From contig NIVC01003120.1 of assembly GCA_002269645.1 (NCBI GenBank), positions 1 to 49,060 on the forward strand: a DNA stretch of 49,060 nt. The letters are read 5' to 3'. This DNA is from Macrostomum lignano. Its lineage: Eukaryota. A program made the position numbers and the translations under genes. Under the pieces are notes generated by a model. That model made no database searches, had not been told where the DNA came from, and saw nothing but the letters and a program-made list of their open reading frames with translations. Every line of letters starts with the position of its first letter. The stretch's first letter is position 1. This document shows positions 21,701 through 33,600 of the stretch, in pieces.

Positions 21701-24207
21701 AGACGAAGAGCTGCCGTCCTGAACGAGCTGCAAACACGGAGGAGGCTGCGCCGGTCTCCTGTGCCCGACTGTCTGCTTTGCGCCCGACCGTGATGCAACC
21801 AGGCCGCGGGGCGGGCGCTTTCTGGCCGCAAATGGCAGCTGGAGAGGCGGCTGCGCATAATTCATCTGGCTGGTGACTCCCGCCACTGGGAGCCTGGGAG
21901 GCTTCTGCCAAAGGAGTAAAGGGAGGCTGATTGGCAACTTTTGAAAGTAGGTATTGACTGAGCACTCCTCACATCGATACAGGATTGACTGAGCACTCCT
22001 CACATCAATACAGCACTGACTCAGCACTCCTCACAGCAATACAGGATTGACTGAGCACTCCTCACATCGATACAGGATTGACTGAGCACTCCTCACATCA
22101 ATACAGGATTGACTCAGCACTCCTCACATCAATACAGGATTGACTGAGCACTCCTCACATCAATACAGCACTGACTGAGCACTCCTCACATCAATACAGC
22201 ACTGACTGAGCACTCCTCACATCAATACAGGATTGACTGAGCACTCCTCACATCAATACAGCACTGACTGAGCACTCCTCACATCAATACAGGATTGACT
22301 GAGCACTCCTCACATCAATACAGGATTGACTCAGCACTCCTCACATCAATACAGGATTGACTGAGCACTCCTCACATCAATACAGCACTGACTGAGCACT
22401 CCTCACATCAATACAGGATTGACTGAGCACTCCTCACATCAATACAGCACTGACTGAGCACTCCTCACATCAATACAGGATTGACTGAGCACTCCTCACA
22501 TCAATACAGCACTGACTGAGCACTCCTCACATCAATACAGGATTGACTGAGCACTCCTCACATCAATACAGCACTGACTCAGCACTCCTCACACCAATAC
22601 AGGATTGACTGAGCCTACAGTCCTCCTGCGAATATTATCAATAGTTTGATATTTTTACTTCAACTCGCACCTGCGATCGCAGCAACTCGCGCGGCAGGTC
22701 CCCGGGCTTCCCGGCGGCCAGCGGGCAGTTCTGCAGGGACAGCAGGAAATCCCGACTGTAGCAGATTCTCCTGCCGCCGCTGCCCGTCTGCTGCTGCCGC
22801 TGCTGCTGCCGCTGTTTCGCAGCCGGCACCGGCCGAAGCACTCGGAACAGCCCCCCAATGTGGCCTCTGCGCCGCTGTCCAGGCGACTCTCTGCTCTGCA
22901 AGCCGCTGCCTTTTTCGTCCGAAGACGCCCCGGACGAGGGCGCCGATTCGGGCCGCTCAGTGGCGCACATTTCGCAGCCGGGTCGGCGCCACCTGTTCCT
23001 GAAGGTGCACACCGGGCAGTCCCAGGTGCGCTGCGGCTGCTCGGCCTGTCATGGGGGTGGTGGGTACCAGAATCAATCAATTGTAGTCGATCGCCTACTG
23101 AAGAGTAGTAAGAACAGAATGTAAAGCGAATCTCTTATTGCTTGCCTAGTCAGGCATGCAGGCCTTACACTGTGCATATCTAGCCAGTACTAATACGCTC
23201 AACTGCTTTTCCATCCACTTACCACAGGCTCCATGGCAACGGGCACCGTTGCCGCGGGCACAGCTGGACTTGGCTCAGCATCCTCTTCTGCTGGTGGAGC
23301 TTCTGGCGCCGCTGCGGGCTGCGGATCGCCGAGCACGTACAGGTGCACCGGCTGAGTCTCGCTGACCGCCCCGAGATCTTTTAAGCACCTGGGAAGCAAC
23401 GATGATGACGGAGTTTTGCGTGGTTGGAATCAAAAAATGAAGCGTGGCCCAGCAACTGAGGATCTGGGAGGCTGGCCCAGCAACTGAGGATCTGGGAGGC
23501 TGGCCCAGCAACTGAGGATCTGGGGGGCTGGCCCAGCAACTGAGGATCTGGGAGGCTGGCCCAGCAACTGAGGATCTGGGAGGCTGGCCCTGCAAATGAG
23601 GATCTGGGAGGCTGGCTCAGCAGCTGAGGATCTGGGAGGCTGGCCCAGCAACTGATGATCTGGGAGGCTGGCCCAGCAGCTGAGGATCTGGGAGGCTGGC
23701 CCTGCAAATGAGGATCTGGGAGGCTGGCCCAGCAACTGAGGACCTAGAAGGGTAGCAGCAGGCGAGAAAAAATCACCTGTCGTCAGAAGCCAGCAGCCCG
23801 CCTGCGATCCAGCACTGCCGTCCGGGCGGTAGGTCCCGAGCTCGAGCCGCCACCCGGGCCCGCAGCTCGCCAATCCGAGTGTCGCCGCGCGCCATCAAGC
23901 GGAGCAGCTGGCGCGGCCGGCCGCGGCCCTCCAGGGCTACCGGCAGGGCGAACCAGCCGTCATCCAGCAGCGACCGCCGCGCGACCACTGGCGATTCTTC
24001 CTGCTGCTGCGGCATCGCCAGCGGAGGCGGCGCAGGCCGGATGTCCAGCTGGACGCGCCGTTCGCAGAGCAGCCGCGCTTGGCGAGCTGCCTCCTCGGCG
24101 TCGCCTGACTTGATGGCAGCTTCAAGGCGGGCCGCGGCCGATGAGACAGCTGGCCACCAGTCAGCAGCAACGCCCTTGGAAGCTGCGGTGGGACTGGGAG
24201 GCTCCAG
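21701..24207 (-). CDS. SHARPIN-like protein (LTM-UBL-NZF, no RBR seen) with a C-terminal eIF4E-binding-type motif; 5' and 3' ends uncertain
   Basis: Exons (minus): 24207-23777, 23388-23223, 23045-22671, 21904-21701; phases 2, 0, 0 match. LTM ARLEAAIKSGDAEEAARQARLLCERRVQLDI; UBL LPPGRQCWIAGGLLASDDRCLKDLG..VHLYVLG; NZF WDCPVCTFRNRWRRPGCEMCATERP; then RRICYSRDFLLSLQNCPLAAGKPGDLP. Confidence 0.85.
21952..22615. repeat. 31-bp minisatellite (GACTGAGCACTCCTCACATCAATACAGGATT)
   Basis: Tandem periodicity. Confidence 0.96.
23438..23745. repeat. 28-bp minisatellite (GATCTGGGAGGCTGGCCCAGCAACTGAG)
   Basis: Tandem periodicity, in the intron splitting the UBL. Confidence 0.95.
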
Positions 24208-27087
24208 CTGTAAAATAGAAGACTAGACTAGATGGCTGAATTCCAGAAAAGCCAATGCACAGTCCATAAAAAGATGGTCTTTTAACATGCAGATGCAGGC
24301 CACCTTTTAAAGTGGCAAATAGTTAGTAGTAATGCAACTAGGCCATAGGCCATAGCTAACCTATGTTTTATTTAAACTCAGGAAAATTGATTAATGGCTT
24401 GCTAATAGAATAATTAAAAGCCCAAAGCAATGTCTACAAAATATATATGCTAGCTAATGTAGTCTATTAGTATTAATTATTTAAAATGATTTAATTAAAA
24501 AAGAATGCAAATAGTAATTAGTTAGACTTATTAGTTATAAGTTAACCACCAGATTATTTTTTGTGTATTATTTTTTACACATGCCCCCCCAACATCATGT
24601 ATGTATTTCTACCAGATTGGAAACATAGTGTATACCTAAAAATGAAAAATATGAATATGAAAAAAGAGATAATTCAAAGGCACAATAAATGCTTTATAGT
24701 GAAGCAAAAATTGTTGAAAGGTATAATATGCTAAGTTAACATTTAATACCATAGCATAGACAAAAATATTTTTAAAAACTATTTATTAAAAGTTTTTTTT
24801 ATTTAAAAATATCTTGCTTCTAGTTCTCTTACATAGTCTACTATTTATTTCTTAATTTATAATTGTTATTTTATTCTTTTTAAAATGTTCATACAAATTT
24901 TGACTTGCTTTTTAGATAAATTTATTCAATTATTGTGTATATTAATTATGATCATAGTCCTTATAGTTATACGAAAATATACTACAAAAGTTAAAGAAAT
25001 TGTGACAATAAAATGGTCCAAACCTTTTTTTGCCTAGTCTGATTTTCATGAACTAAATTTATTTGAAAACCTTTCAATAAGATCTACACAATAGAATGCA
25101 AACATTTCCATATTTTTCAAATAAAAAAATCTTAGGACCCCTCTTATTATAATAAGTATAACTATAATATAAGTGGATTGATTCTTAAAATAATTTTTTT
25201 TTATACTGGATTAACAAATTAGTTGTTTGTTATTGTTATATTCTGAAATATAAATAATTACTCATAATTAAAAGATATACTTGTTTTAATATTAATATTA
25301 TACATTATATAAAATTAAATACAAGACTGCGACTGCGAGTGGTACATAGTAAAGGGGATAGGGAAGAAAGTAGATGTACCCACATATACTTGATAAGTCA
25401 GATTAACTTTAATGATAACCATTAACAAGACCATGGATCTTTCAAAGAGGCATGCTACCTACCTACTTCATCTCTTAGAAGTTAGATAGACTAGATATAA
25501 GATATCCCTCCTAAAAATATATAATTATGGCTATGCTATAAAAATTATGATATTGGGATTAAAAAGTTAGCATAAAAATACTTTCTTAGTAAGACTATTA
25601 GGTTACTTTGTAAGATTATCCTAAAAAATCGAGTTATCTTTTATTTTAATAGGCCTAACTCAGCATCCAAATATGAAAAAAACAACTTCAACGGCTTTTC
25701 AGCTTATTTTATAAAACATAATAGCTGATCTTTTCGCTATTTTATTAGCAAACATTGTGTTTTTTATCTAAATACTATGTGAGTCGGACCCATTTGGATG
25801 ATTTTTGAAAATCACCTGCTGTCCCTGCAATTTGAAAGCGAAAATAAATTCTGATTTCTAAACAAGGCATCAACTTGAAAAATATCATTAATGACATCTG
25901 ATCGGGAAAATTAGTTTTTAGTTAATAATTTGAGTTTCAAGCAGAAACGTAACTTTATGAAATTATGATTATGTTTTAAATGCTCTATTACTCTGTTTTA
26001 TTAGTAAATCTTATTACTCTCACGTTGTTATAACGATAAACGACGACATCTAACGGTGTGTAAAACAGTCATTTTAGCTAAAATTTACTCTTGTGGCGAT
26101 CGGACAGCTTCTTGTCTAAATAAGACCGTGCTTAAGGCACTGCAAAAAACAAGTCCTCCGCGAAATCTGTTCGGAAAACACAGTTTTCGTGTTGCCTAAC
26201 AATTGTCAACGACAATTATCTTAACAGCTGCAGAGGCAGGTCCCAGAATTTTTGTGTCGTCGGTCTCCATCCAGCTTTTAAAACCTCTTTAATCTCGGAT
26301 GAAAATATATACGTGTAGCTCGTAATTTCCTAACATGCAATGTCAGAAGAGAAAAACGCTTCTATCAGGACAAAGCTACATGTATATGTTACATGTACAT
26401 GTACATTGTATGGTTATACACCATGTCAATGTGTGTACTAGCTGTACATGTATACCCGTACATATAAGTATGTTTAGCCCTAGATTGTCAGGCTGAAAAG
26501 TACCTGATACATTCCAACCACGTCTTGTGGTGCTTGCATCTTTGATTGCAGTAACGTACAACTGCAAATATACGCAGGAATTTAAATTTGGAGGGGGCAA
26601 TTCCCCAACCCTATAATTGTGCAATTATTTGGTATCTTGGTACGTTAATTGGACGCCCTACGCTCGTAATGTACATGTACATGTATTGCTGAGATGTCAA
26701 GGGAATCATGGGGGGAATTCCTGAGATTTCATGGTTGAAGTCATGCTGAATCCATACGTAGTTTATTCAAAAAAATTATTCCATTCTTTGTTGGCTCCCA
26801 ACGGGGGCACAGCTAATTGCTAGTGTATCTCCTAAATGTGGGTAGGTTTAATCCCCCTGTCACTTGGTGGGCGCCCGGCGGTGTCTTGGTTGGCATTGGC
26901 ACCGATCTCTCTCTTTTCTTATGGTGGTCTCCCCACTTGGTAGGCGCCCCCTGACTCTCGCTGGGCGCGCCCCCTTCATTTCCAGGTCAGTGCCCTTCAC
27001 CCCCATATACATGTATCTTCTAGGCAATAGATATGGTACTCCTGTCTCGCTAAACTCGCTTAAACTAAATATCTTTTTGCGATCTAC

Positions 27088-28861
27088 CTTAGTGTATTCA
27101 AAAAGTTCTTAGACACCCCTCATATCTCTGCATCTGTTCGACCGATTTTGATGAGAATTTATACAAACATGGGTCTATATTTTGATGAATTCAGTGCTAG
27201 AGTTTCAGCTTGGTCGTATAGACAGAACGAAAGCAATCGATCATTTACTGACGAACCTACGAAATTAGCAATACGATTTTAAGCACATAACAAAACGTAC
27301 AAGCAAAAGGGGCAAACGGTTCAAGTTGGCAAGTTCCCAAACTTCAAAAATCAGATCACCAATCATGAAAATCTTCGAAGTAATCACCGTTCCGTTGAAT
27401 GCACTTGTCATACCGCATCGGCAGCTCTTCGATCCATCCTAACCACGTGTCTCTAGGAGTCGCTCTGATGAGCCCCTCAACAGCCGTTTGCAGCTCGGGG
27501 AAGCTAGCGAACCTCTTGCCTCTCAGCTGCGCCTTGACGTGTCCAAAAAGACCATAGTCAGACGGTGCCAAATCAGGCGAGTAGGGCGGATGCTGCCACT
27601 GCTGGAATCTGAGGCTGTCGATGTGAGAGCGAGTGAGGGCTGCCGAGTGCGGCCGGGCATTGTCGCAGTGCAGCAGGACGCCCTCGCGCACGATCCGACG
27701 CCGTTGCAGTAGCTCCTGTCTCAGCCTCGTGAGCTCGTCACAAAACCGCTCGCTGTTCTGTGTCTGGCCCTGGCCGTACCACGTGAACATGAGGGGCCCG
27801 CTCGCATCCCAAAAAACACTTAACATGATCTTCTTGGGATAGGTGCCTGCGCTTTCGACGTCACCGCCGCCGCCGCCCCTCGGAAGCCAGGCCCTCGACT
27901 CCCGCCGGGAGAGTGGGTCGTACAGGGCAAACATGGACTCATCTTGAGTTACAAATCTGCTTTTGAACTCGTCTCCCAGAGCTGAAATTGCCGCCCTTTG
28001 TTGCAAGCAGACTTCGTATCGGCGATTTTTCTGCTCGGCAGTTAGCAGTCTTGGCACCCATCGAGAGACCAGCTTTGACAGACCAAGATGCTCGTGCAGA
28101 ATTTGGAAGACCGAGCCACACGAAATCCCGGCGGCATTGGCCAACTCGTCAATAGTGATGTGGCCGTTTTCACTTACCAGCTCTTCGATCAGGATGGCAC
28201 TGCTGTCGTTGACTGCAGTAGCTGGTCGGCCTGAGCGTGGCTTGTCCTGCACGCTCATTTCGCCGTCCTTTCTCTTCCGGACCCAGTTCGCGACGGTTGC
28301 TCGACAGCAGGCATCATTTCCAAAACGGCTGACTAATCTCTGGTGGATAGTGTTCACGGACATGCCTTCGTCCGCAAAAGCAAAAACGATCAGGCGCTGC
28401 GAAACTTTATCGCGATATGCACTAGCCATTCTTAAACCATCTGAGGTTGGTTCTGCATCTCAGCATTTCAATCTGACGTTCATTCTGCGCACTCAGTCTA
28501 ATGCTGCCTACTGTTTTGTTCTATCTTTTTTGTCTATGGCTAAACCCTCGCAGCTTGAAAGTAATGATTAATCAATACTCACCGAAAGCTTTTATTCCTC
28601 TAAAAACAAACTGCGATTTCACAACCCCCCCGGGCCAGTTTAGAGTGAGGTCCAGATCCGATGCTGTTCAAAATCGTATTGCTAATTTCGTAGGTTCGTC
28701 AGTAAATGATCGATTGCTTTCGTTCTGTCTATACGACCAAGCTGAAACTCTAGCACTGAATTCATCAAATATAGACCCATGTTTGTATAAATTCTCATCA
28801 AAATCGGTCAAACAGATGCAGAGATATGAGGGGTGTCTAAGAACTTTTTGAATGCACTAAG
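27088..28861 (-). mobile_element. Full-length Tc1/mariner DNA transposon with ~190-bp terminal inverted repeats
   Basis: Left TIR ~27088-27280 is the reverse complement of ~28670-28861 (2 substitutions and one 1-nt homopolymer indel seen). TA dinucleotides at 27090-91 and 28858-59 are candidate TSDs, which would put the ends at 27092 and 28857. Encloses an intact transposase. Confidence 0.95.
27356..28429 (-). CDS. Mariner (DD34D) transposase, 357 aa, intact
   Basis: N-terminal HTH region, SGRP, WVPRLL linker, TQDES (D1), HCDNARPH (D2), YSPDLAPSDY (D3); 34 residues counted between D2 and D3. Confidence 0.97.
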   Translation of the reverse strand: MASAYRDKVSQRLIVFAFADEGMSVNTIHQRLVSRFGNDACCRATVANWVRKRKDGEMSVQDKPRSGRPATAVNDSSAILIEELVSENGHITIDELANAAGISCGSVFQILHEHLGLSKLVSRWVPRLLTAEQKNRRYEVCLQQRAAISALGDEFKSRFVTQDESMFALYDPLSRRESRAWLPRGGGGGDVESAGTYPKKIMLSVFWDASGPLMFTWYGQGQTQNSERFCDELTRLRQELLQRRRIVREGVLLHCDNARPHSAALTRSHIDSLRFQQWQHPPYSPDLAPSDYGLFGHVKAQLRGKRFASFPELQTAVEGLIRATPRDTWLGWIEELPMRYDKCIQRNGDYFEDFHDW

Positions 28862-29186
28862 TATGTTCTTGTGCATTCATATTTGATTTTGCGTGCAGAA
28901 TTGGCTACAATCTTGCACGCTCAAGCATGAAGTTGGAAGTATAAGGTCCAATGCATTAAAAGGTACAAGATTGAAATCTATTTTTAGAAATGGAAAACCC
29001 TCTTTTTCTCACCCCTGATCTCCCACCCTCTTCAACGTGCAGGATTGATTTTTCTATGGTCTAACTTCATGTATTGTCTCTGATTAAAATATAGAATCAA
29101 GTAAGAATGAGATTTTTAGCTAATTTTATGAGTTTATAAGTACTCAGTAGCTCTCGACAAACAAGGTAAGGCAAACACCAGCTACA

Positions 29187-29678
29187 ATGGCGCTAGAGCA
29201 AATTCTGTTGGTCCTGACTGTGTCCATCATTGCCGTGTGCGTCATCATCGGCTGGGCGTTGGCGGCAGTCTTTGTCCGCATCCTGTACTCCTCCCCTGGG
29301 GCCGACAGCGCCATTTCTCTTCGTCGCGGCGTCTTCACCCTGCCGCGCTCGAACTACAGGCCGCCGCCAGCGCTGCTGCGCCTGCGAAAGCCCGCCTCAG
29401 GCGACGATGCCACCCTGGAGCAGCGGTCTAAGGACAATCAGCAGGTGAACTGGTGCAACCACCGGCTACCCTACTGGCCCCTCGGACAGGATTGGCACCG
29501 ATTGGAGTCGCAAGTCAATTCCAGACTGCAAGTGCTGCGAGATTCAACTACTGTTAGTATTAATAGCAACTGCAATACAAACAACACCTGCATTGATTCG
29601 GTTGGATTGTCGTCCGGATTGCCTTCAGAGCCTGAGGCCATTCTCCTTCAGTACACCTTCCTGTACGATATGGTGTGA
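29187..29678 (+). CDS. Putative single-pass membrane protein, no family recognised
   Basis: 163-aa ORF with an N-terminal hydrophobic segment (ILLVLTVSIIAVCVIIGWALAAVFVRIL) and GC-rich exon-like codon usage to ~29445, where a possible CAG/GTGAAC donor lies. Confidence 0.5.
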   Translation: MALEQILLVLTVSIIAVCVIIGWALAAVFVRILYSSPGADSAISLRRGVFTLPRSNYRPPPALLRLRKPASGDDATLEQRSKDNQQVNWCNHRLPYWPLGQDWHRLESQVNSRLQVLRDSTTVSINSNCNTNNTCIDSVGLSSGLPSEPEAILLQYTFLYDMV

Positions 29679-30641
29679 CAAACTGCAGATACGTACGTAG
29701 ATAAAGGCTCGTAATTTCTAAATACACTTTGCGGCGTTCTTTTTACTTTGTTAAAACTTTACGGGCATGTAACAGTGGTTTGGTCGACAAAATGCTTGCA
29801 ATTGTGTTAAAAAGTCTGTTTTTATTTCCTGAATTCGATTTTAGAATGACTGCTTAATAGTTATGGTTGCATCATAGCATCAGAATTATGTACGCGAGAG
29901 ACGCTAGACTTGCTAGATCGGGCATACAGAAATTTTAGCGGCGAATTGACTTCGCATCCATCCCAGCATCAGTTTCACAAGCCGAGGGCATGGTTGCTGC
30001 GAACAATAAAAGCTACAATGGATTCGGGTCTTTAGTTTCACTCCCTTCACTCCCTTTCTCCCTGGCCTCCACCCCCTTCCTTCAACAGTCACAGAGCCCA
30101 GCCTACCCTGCCGTGGCTAGAAGCCATGCAAACGCGCAATTGGACGTTGAGGCCGGCAGAAACTGGGGTTGAGAGGGAGACAAGAGGGGCTAAAACAGAT
30201 CGATTTTTCTGTCCCCGCCTGGACTCCCACCCCTCGCCTCTGACCCGCCGCTTCGCGCTAATTCTCGGTTGTGAGGGAGGCATGCAGAGCAGCTGCTGAG
30301 TACAGTCCTAACCCAAGCAGGAGAGCGTGGCTTTTTACCTTCTCATGATACTCAGCCCCGAGAGTACGCTCTCACCTCTGTAGCATCGCTTGCTCTGAAC
30401 TTCCTCCTCCACTGCCTCTGTCGGAGCCTCCTTACCTGAGCGGCTGTAGGCACGCCTCCCTCCCTGCGTACCCCACAGTTCCTACCCTGCTGTATCACTA
30501 GGCCCGTTTAATTTGTGAGTCAGTCAGCCTCCGCCTGCAGCCTCGCTTTCTCCTTGCGGCATTGAGACCGGAAATTCGGCGAACCAGTTCGCGAGTCTAG
30601 CTTTACAGAGCTCCGCATCAGCCGCGAGCAGGGTCGGAGCC

Positions 30642-33600
30642 ATGGCTCCCGTGCACATGGAGTACGAAGAGGTTCTGGAACACATCGGCAGCCTTGGCCG
30701 CTACCAGATCGTGCTGTTCAACCTCCTCGCCTCGCTGTCGTGGAAGGCCGCTGCAAACATGGTCATTACGGTGTTCCACGTGGTCCGACCGGCGTTCGTG
30801 TGCCAGCAGGCCTACCCGAACTGGCTGGAGAGTCCCCCCACCTGGGCACAGATCGCTAACGCTTCAGCCACAGGCGGTCAGGACAGCCAGTGCTGGTTCA
30901 CGCCGCCACGAAATGGCACTTCCGGGGAGCAGCAACAGCAGCAGTGCACCCTGTTTGCCTACGATAAAAGCGAGTGGAAGGAGACAATTACAACGCAGGT
31001 AAACAGTCACATTCTGAGATAAAGACTTGGCTTTCAGGTGTTTATTAACGATCTATTTCCATTCACGCTCACACGCAGTGGGATCTTGTCTGTCAGCGCC
31101 AAGGCCTGGAGCCGCTTGTGTTCGGCAGCTACGCCCTCGGCTACGGCTTCGGCGTCGTGCTGGGCATCTTTGCCGACAAGTGAGCAGTTCAATTAGGCGG
31201 GCTTAAGTACCCACTTCAAATCAGAATACGGCTTAAAAACTAGATCGAACGACTAGTTAAAGAATAACAGCGCAAACTTTATTGATTGTGCCGTCAAACT
31301 AAACCTGGCATGCACCAAGACTCACCCTGACCCATCTAAATCAACCACTACTCATCCTGCCAGCTCACTCCGAGTGCAACCCACGCTGCCCCACCGCAGG
31401 TTCGGTCGTCGACCAGTGCTGCTGGTGAGCTGCGCGATGGAGGCCCTGTTCACTCTGCTGGAGAGCGTCTCTCCGAACTTCCTCTCCTACCTGGGGCTGC
31501 ACTTTGCCACGGCATCTTTGCCACAGTTAATCTGCTGTCCACTGTGTGCATCACCGAGTTTGTCGGCTGCAAGCACAGAGCTTTGGTCGCCAATTTACTG
31601 TGGCTGTACTATTGTCTAGGCTACATGTCTGTGGCCGGTATGGCTTACCTAGTGAGACAGTGGCGGTGGCTGCAACTGCTCACCTGCCTGCCCTGCCTTT
31701 TTTACATTGCCTGCTACTTGTGAGTGCAGAAGCGAATCTACGATAACTTTGGCTTGGTTGGACTTTTGCCAGACTAAAAACTACAGACGTGAAGACGTGT
31801 ACTTTATTATTAAGACCTAGATTCCAAGCTTTGAAAAGCAAGAGCTAACTTAAGATGTATGCAACTCTAACTCTTATACAATAGGTCAATGATCAATGAT
31901 CAAAAGAAAAAAACTGAATGAATTCAACGCCCAGTTGCAAACCGTTGCAGTCTCCTGCAGGAATCGCCGCGCTGGCTGATCGCCCACGGCCGGTACACCG
32001 ACGCCCTCTACGTGTGCGAAAACATCGCCAGAGTGAACGGCCGGACCATCCCGACCGCTGCCAAGGAGTTGCTGGTGAGTCCAGCGAGACCTACGATGAG
32101 TTACTCAGTTTAAAGTTAACCCCGTACTGAAGTAAAATTCCACCCATCCCTCAACCCGCAGACCTACGGCTTTCAGACCTCGCAGCCACCTGAGCACAGT
32201 CGCGAAGGCAACGTCTCGGAAATGTTCAGGACCCGGATAATGCTAAAAAAGTCCCTCATTTTGTTCTGTGCCTGGTGAGTCTAGTATGGAAAATGTATCG
32301 CGATGGATAAGATTTTGTAGCTTTTGTTGAACAAAAGATTTATTCTTATACTACTTCAGGGGTGTCGCAAAACGACCATCCTCCCGATTAAAAGTTTTGG
32401 GAACATGCTAATGCTTAGTTTCCTTAGGCTTAGGCTTGCTTCACGAAATAATTACTGGCTCTAACAACGAAAAAGTCTTGCACCTGCACATACTATGTAC
32501 ATTTATTACAACTTTTAGTCCCATCCGTCTTTAGGGACTTTAGGGACTTTAGGATCTTTAATCTTTAGGGATCTTTAGGTATCGCCTGTTACGCTCGTAT
32601 GGCGTAAAAAGTTCTACATTTACTGAAAAATGGTTGCTATGCTCAGTATGAAATGCTAATTATAGTTATAAGGCTCTGTGTCCCCTTCGATAAAGTCCAT
32701 GGGGACATTCTGCTTACAAAATAAAAGAAGCGAATTAGAGAATTTTGCCTCCTACTTCCTCACGCCTGCGCAGGTTCGCAATCAGTTTAAACTACAACAG
32801 CATATCCCTGGACTCTGATTTTCTGGCCAGCGACGTCTTCATAAACACCGTCCTGTCCGGTCTGATCGAGGTCCCGGCCTACGTCACGGCCTGGATTGTG
32901 GCCGAGAAAGTCGGACGCAGAATTCCCATTGCCGTCTTATACACGATGCTTAGCGCCTGCCTAATCTCGGTGGCTGTGCTCACTCCAGGTGAGCAATCCT
33001 GCCAGTAGGGTTCAATGACCTTCAAGATACTTTTCGATATAATTAGATTGTTGCAAAATGTGAAGTGAATCATATCGCATCTCGACATCGGTAACAGATA
33101 GGATAGACCGCTGCATCCGTGCGGATCTTTCTTGTCTTTTCTGTAGTCTATATAACTAAATCTCAAAAGTTTTTATGTACTAAATAAGGACGCGTCCAAC
33201 TCAGTGTTGGGCTATATCCCGTCTTGAACAATGATTTTTTTGCCCGCCAGCCGCACGCGGTCAAAAAAGGAGGCTGCGTCACCTTAAGGCGAGGTCACTA
33301 TATGACGTAACCACTCCCGCGTCCTTGTCAACGTCTGCGCAGTCCCTGCATGCACAGGCTCAGGGCAGCAGGCCTCCAATCCGATCACTTGCCCAGCCGG
33401 CATCTAACAACTCAGCAGGACATCGTGAGGCCGGGTCAGTCATGCTCTCTGGACAAGGCGTCAGTCAGCTCGTAGCCAAGGTCCCACAGCACTATAAAGC
33501 TACAGTATCAAAAAAGTCTTAGCTATTCTAGAAAAATTTACATCGGGCCGTGTAACATCCATATTTTTGCTCTCTTCTGCTCTGCTTCATCAAATATTGA

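Noticed and set aside
8690-23745. CRISPR-like appearance of the regular 20-60-bp arrays
   Set aside because: Units are head-to-tail with no unique spacers, there are no cas genes, and the context is spliceosomal introns.
32520-32580. TTAGGG-containing short repeats as interstitial telomere
   Set aside because: Only a few degenerate 9-bp units (TTAGGGACT), not a (TTAGGG)n tract.
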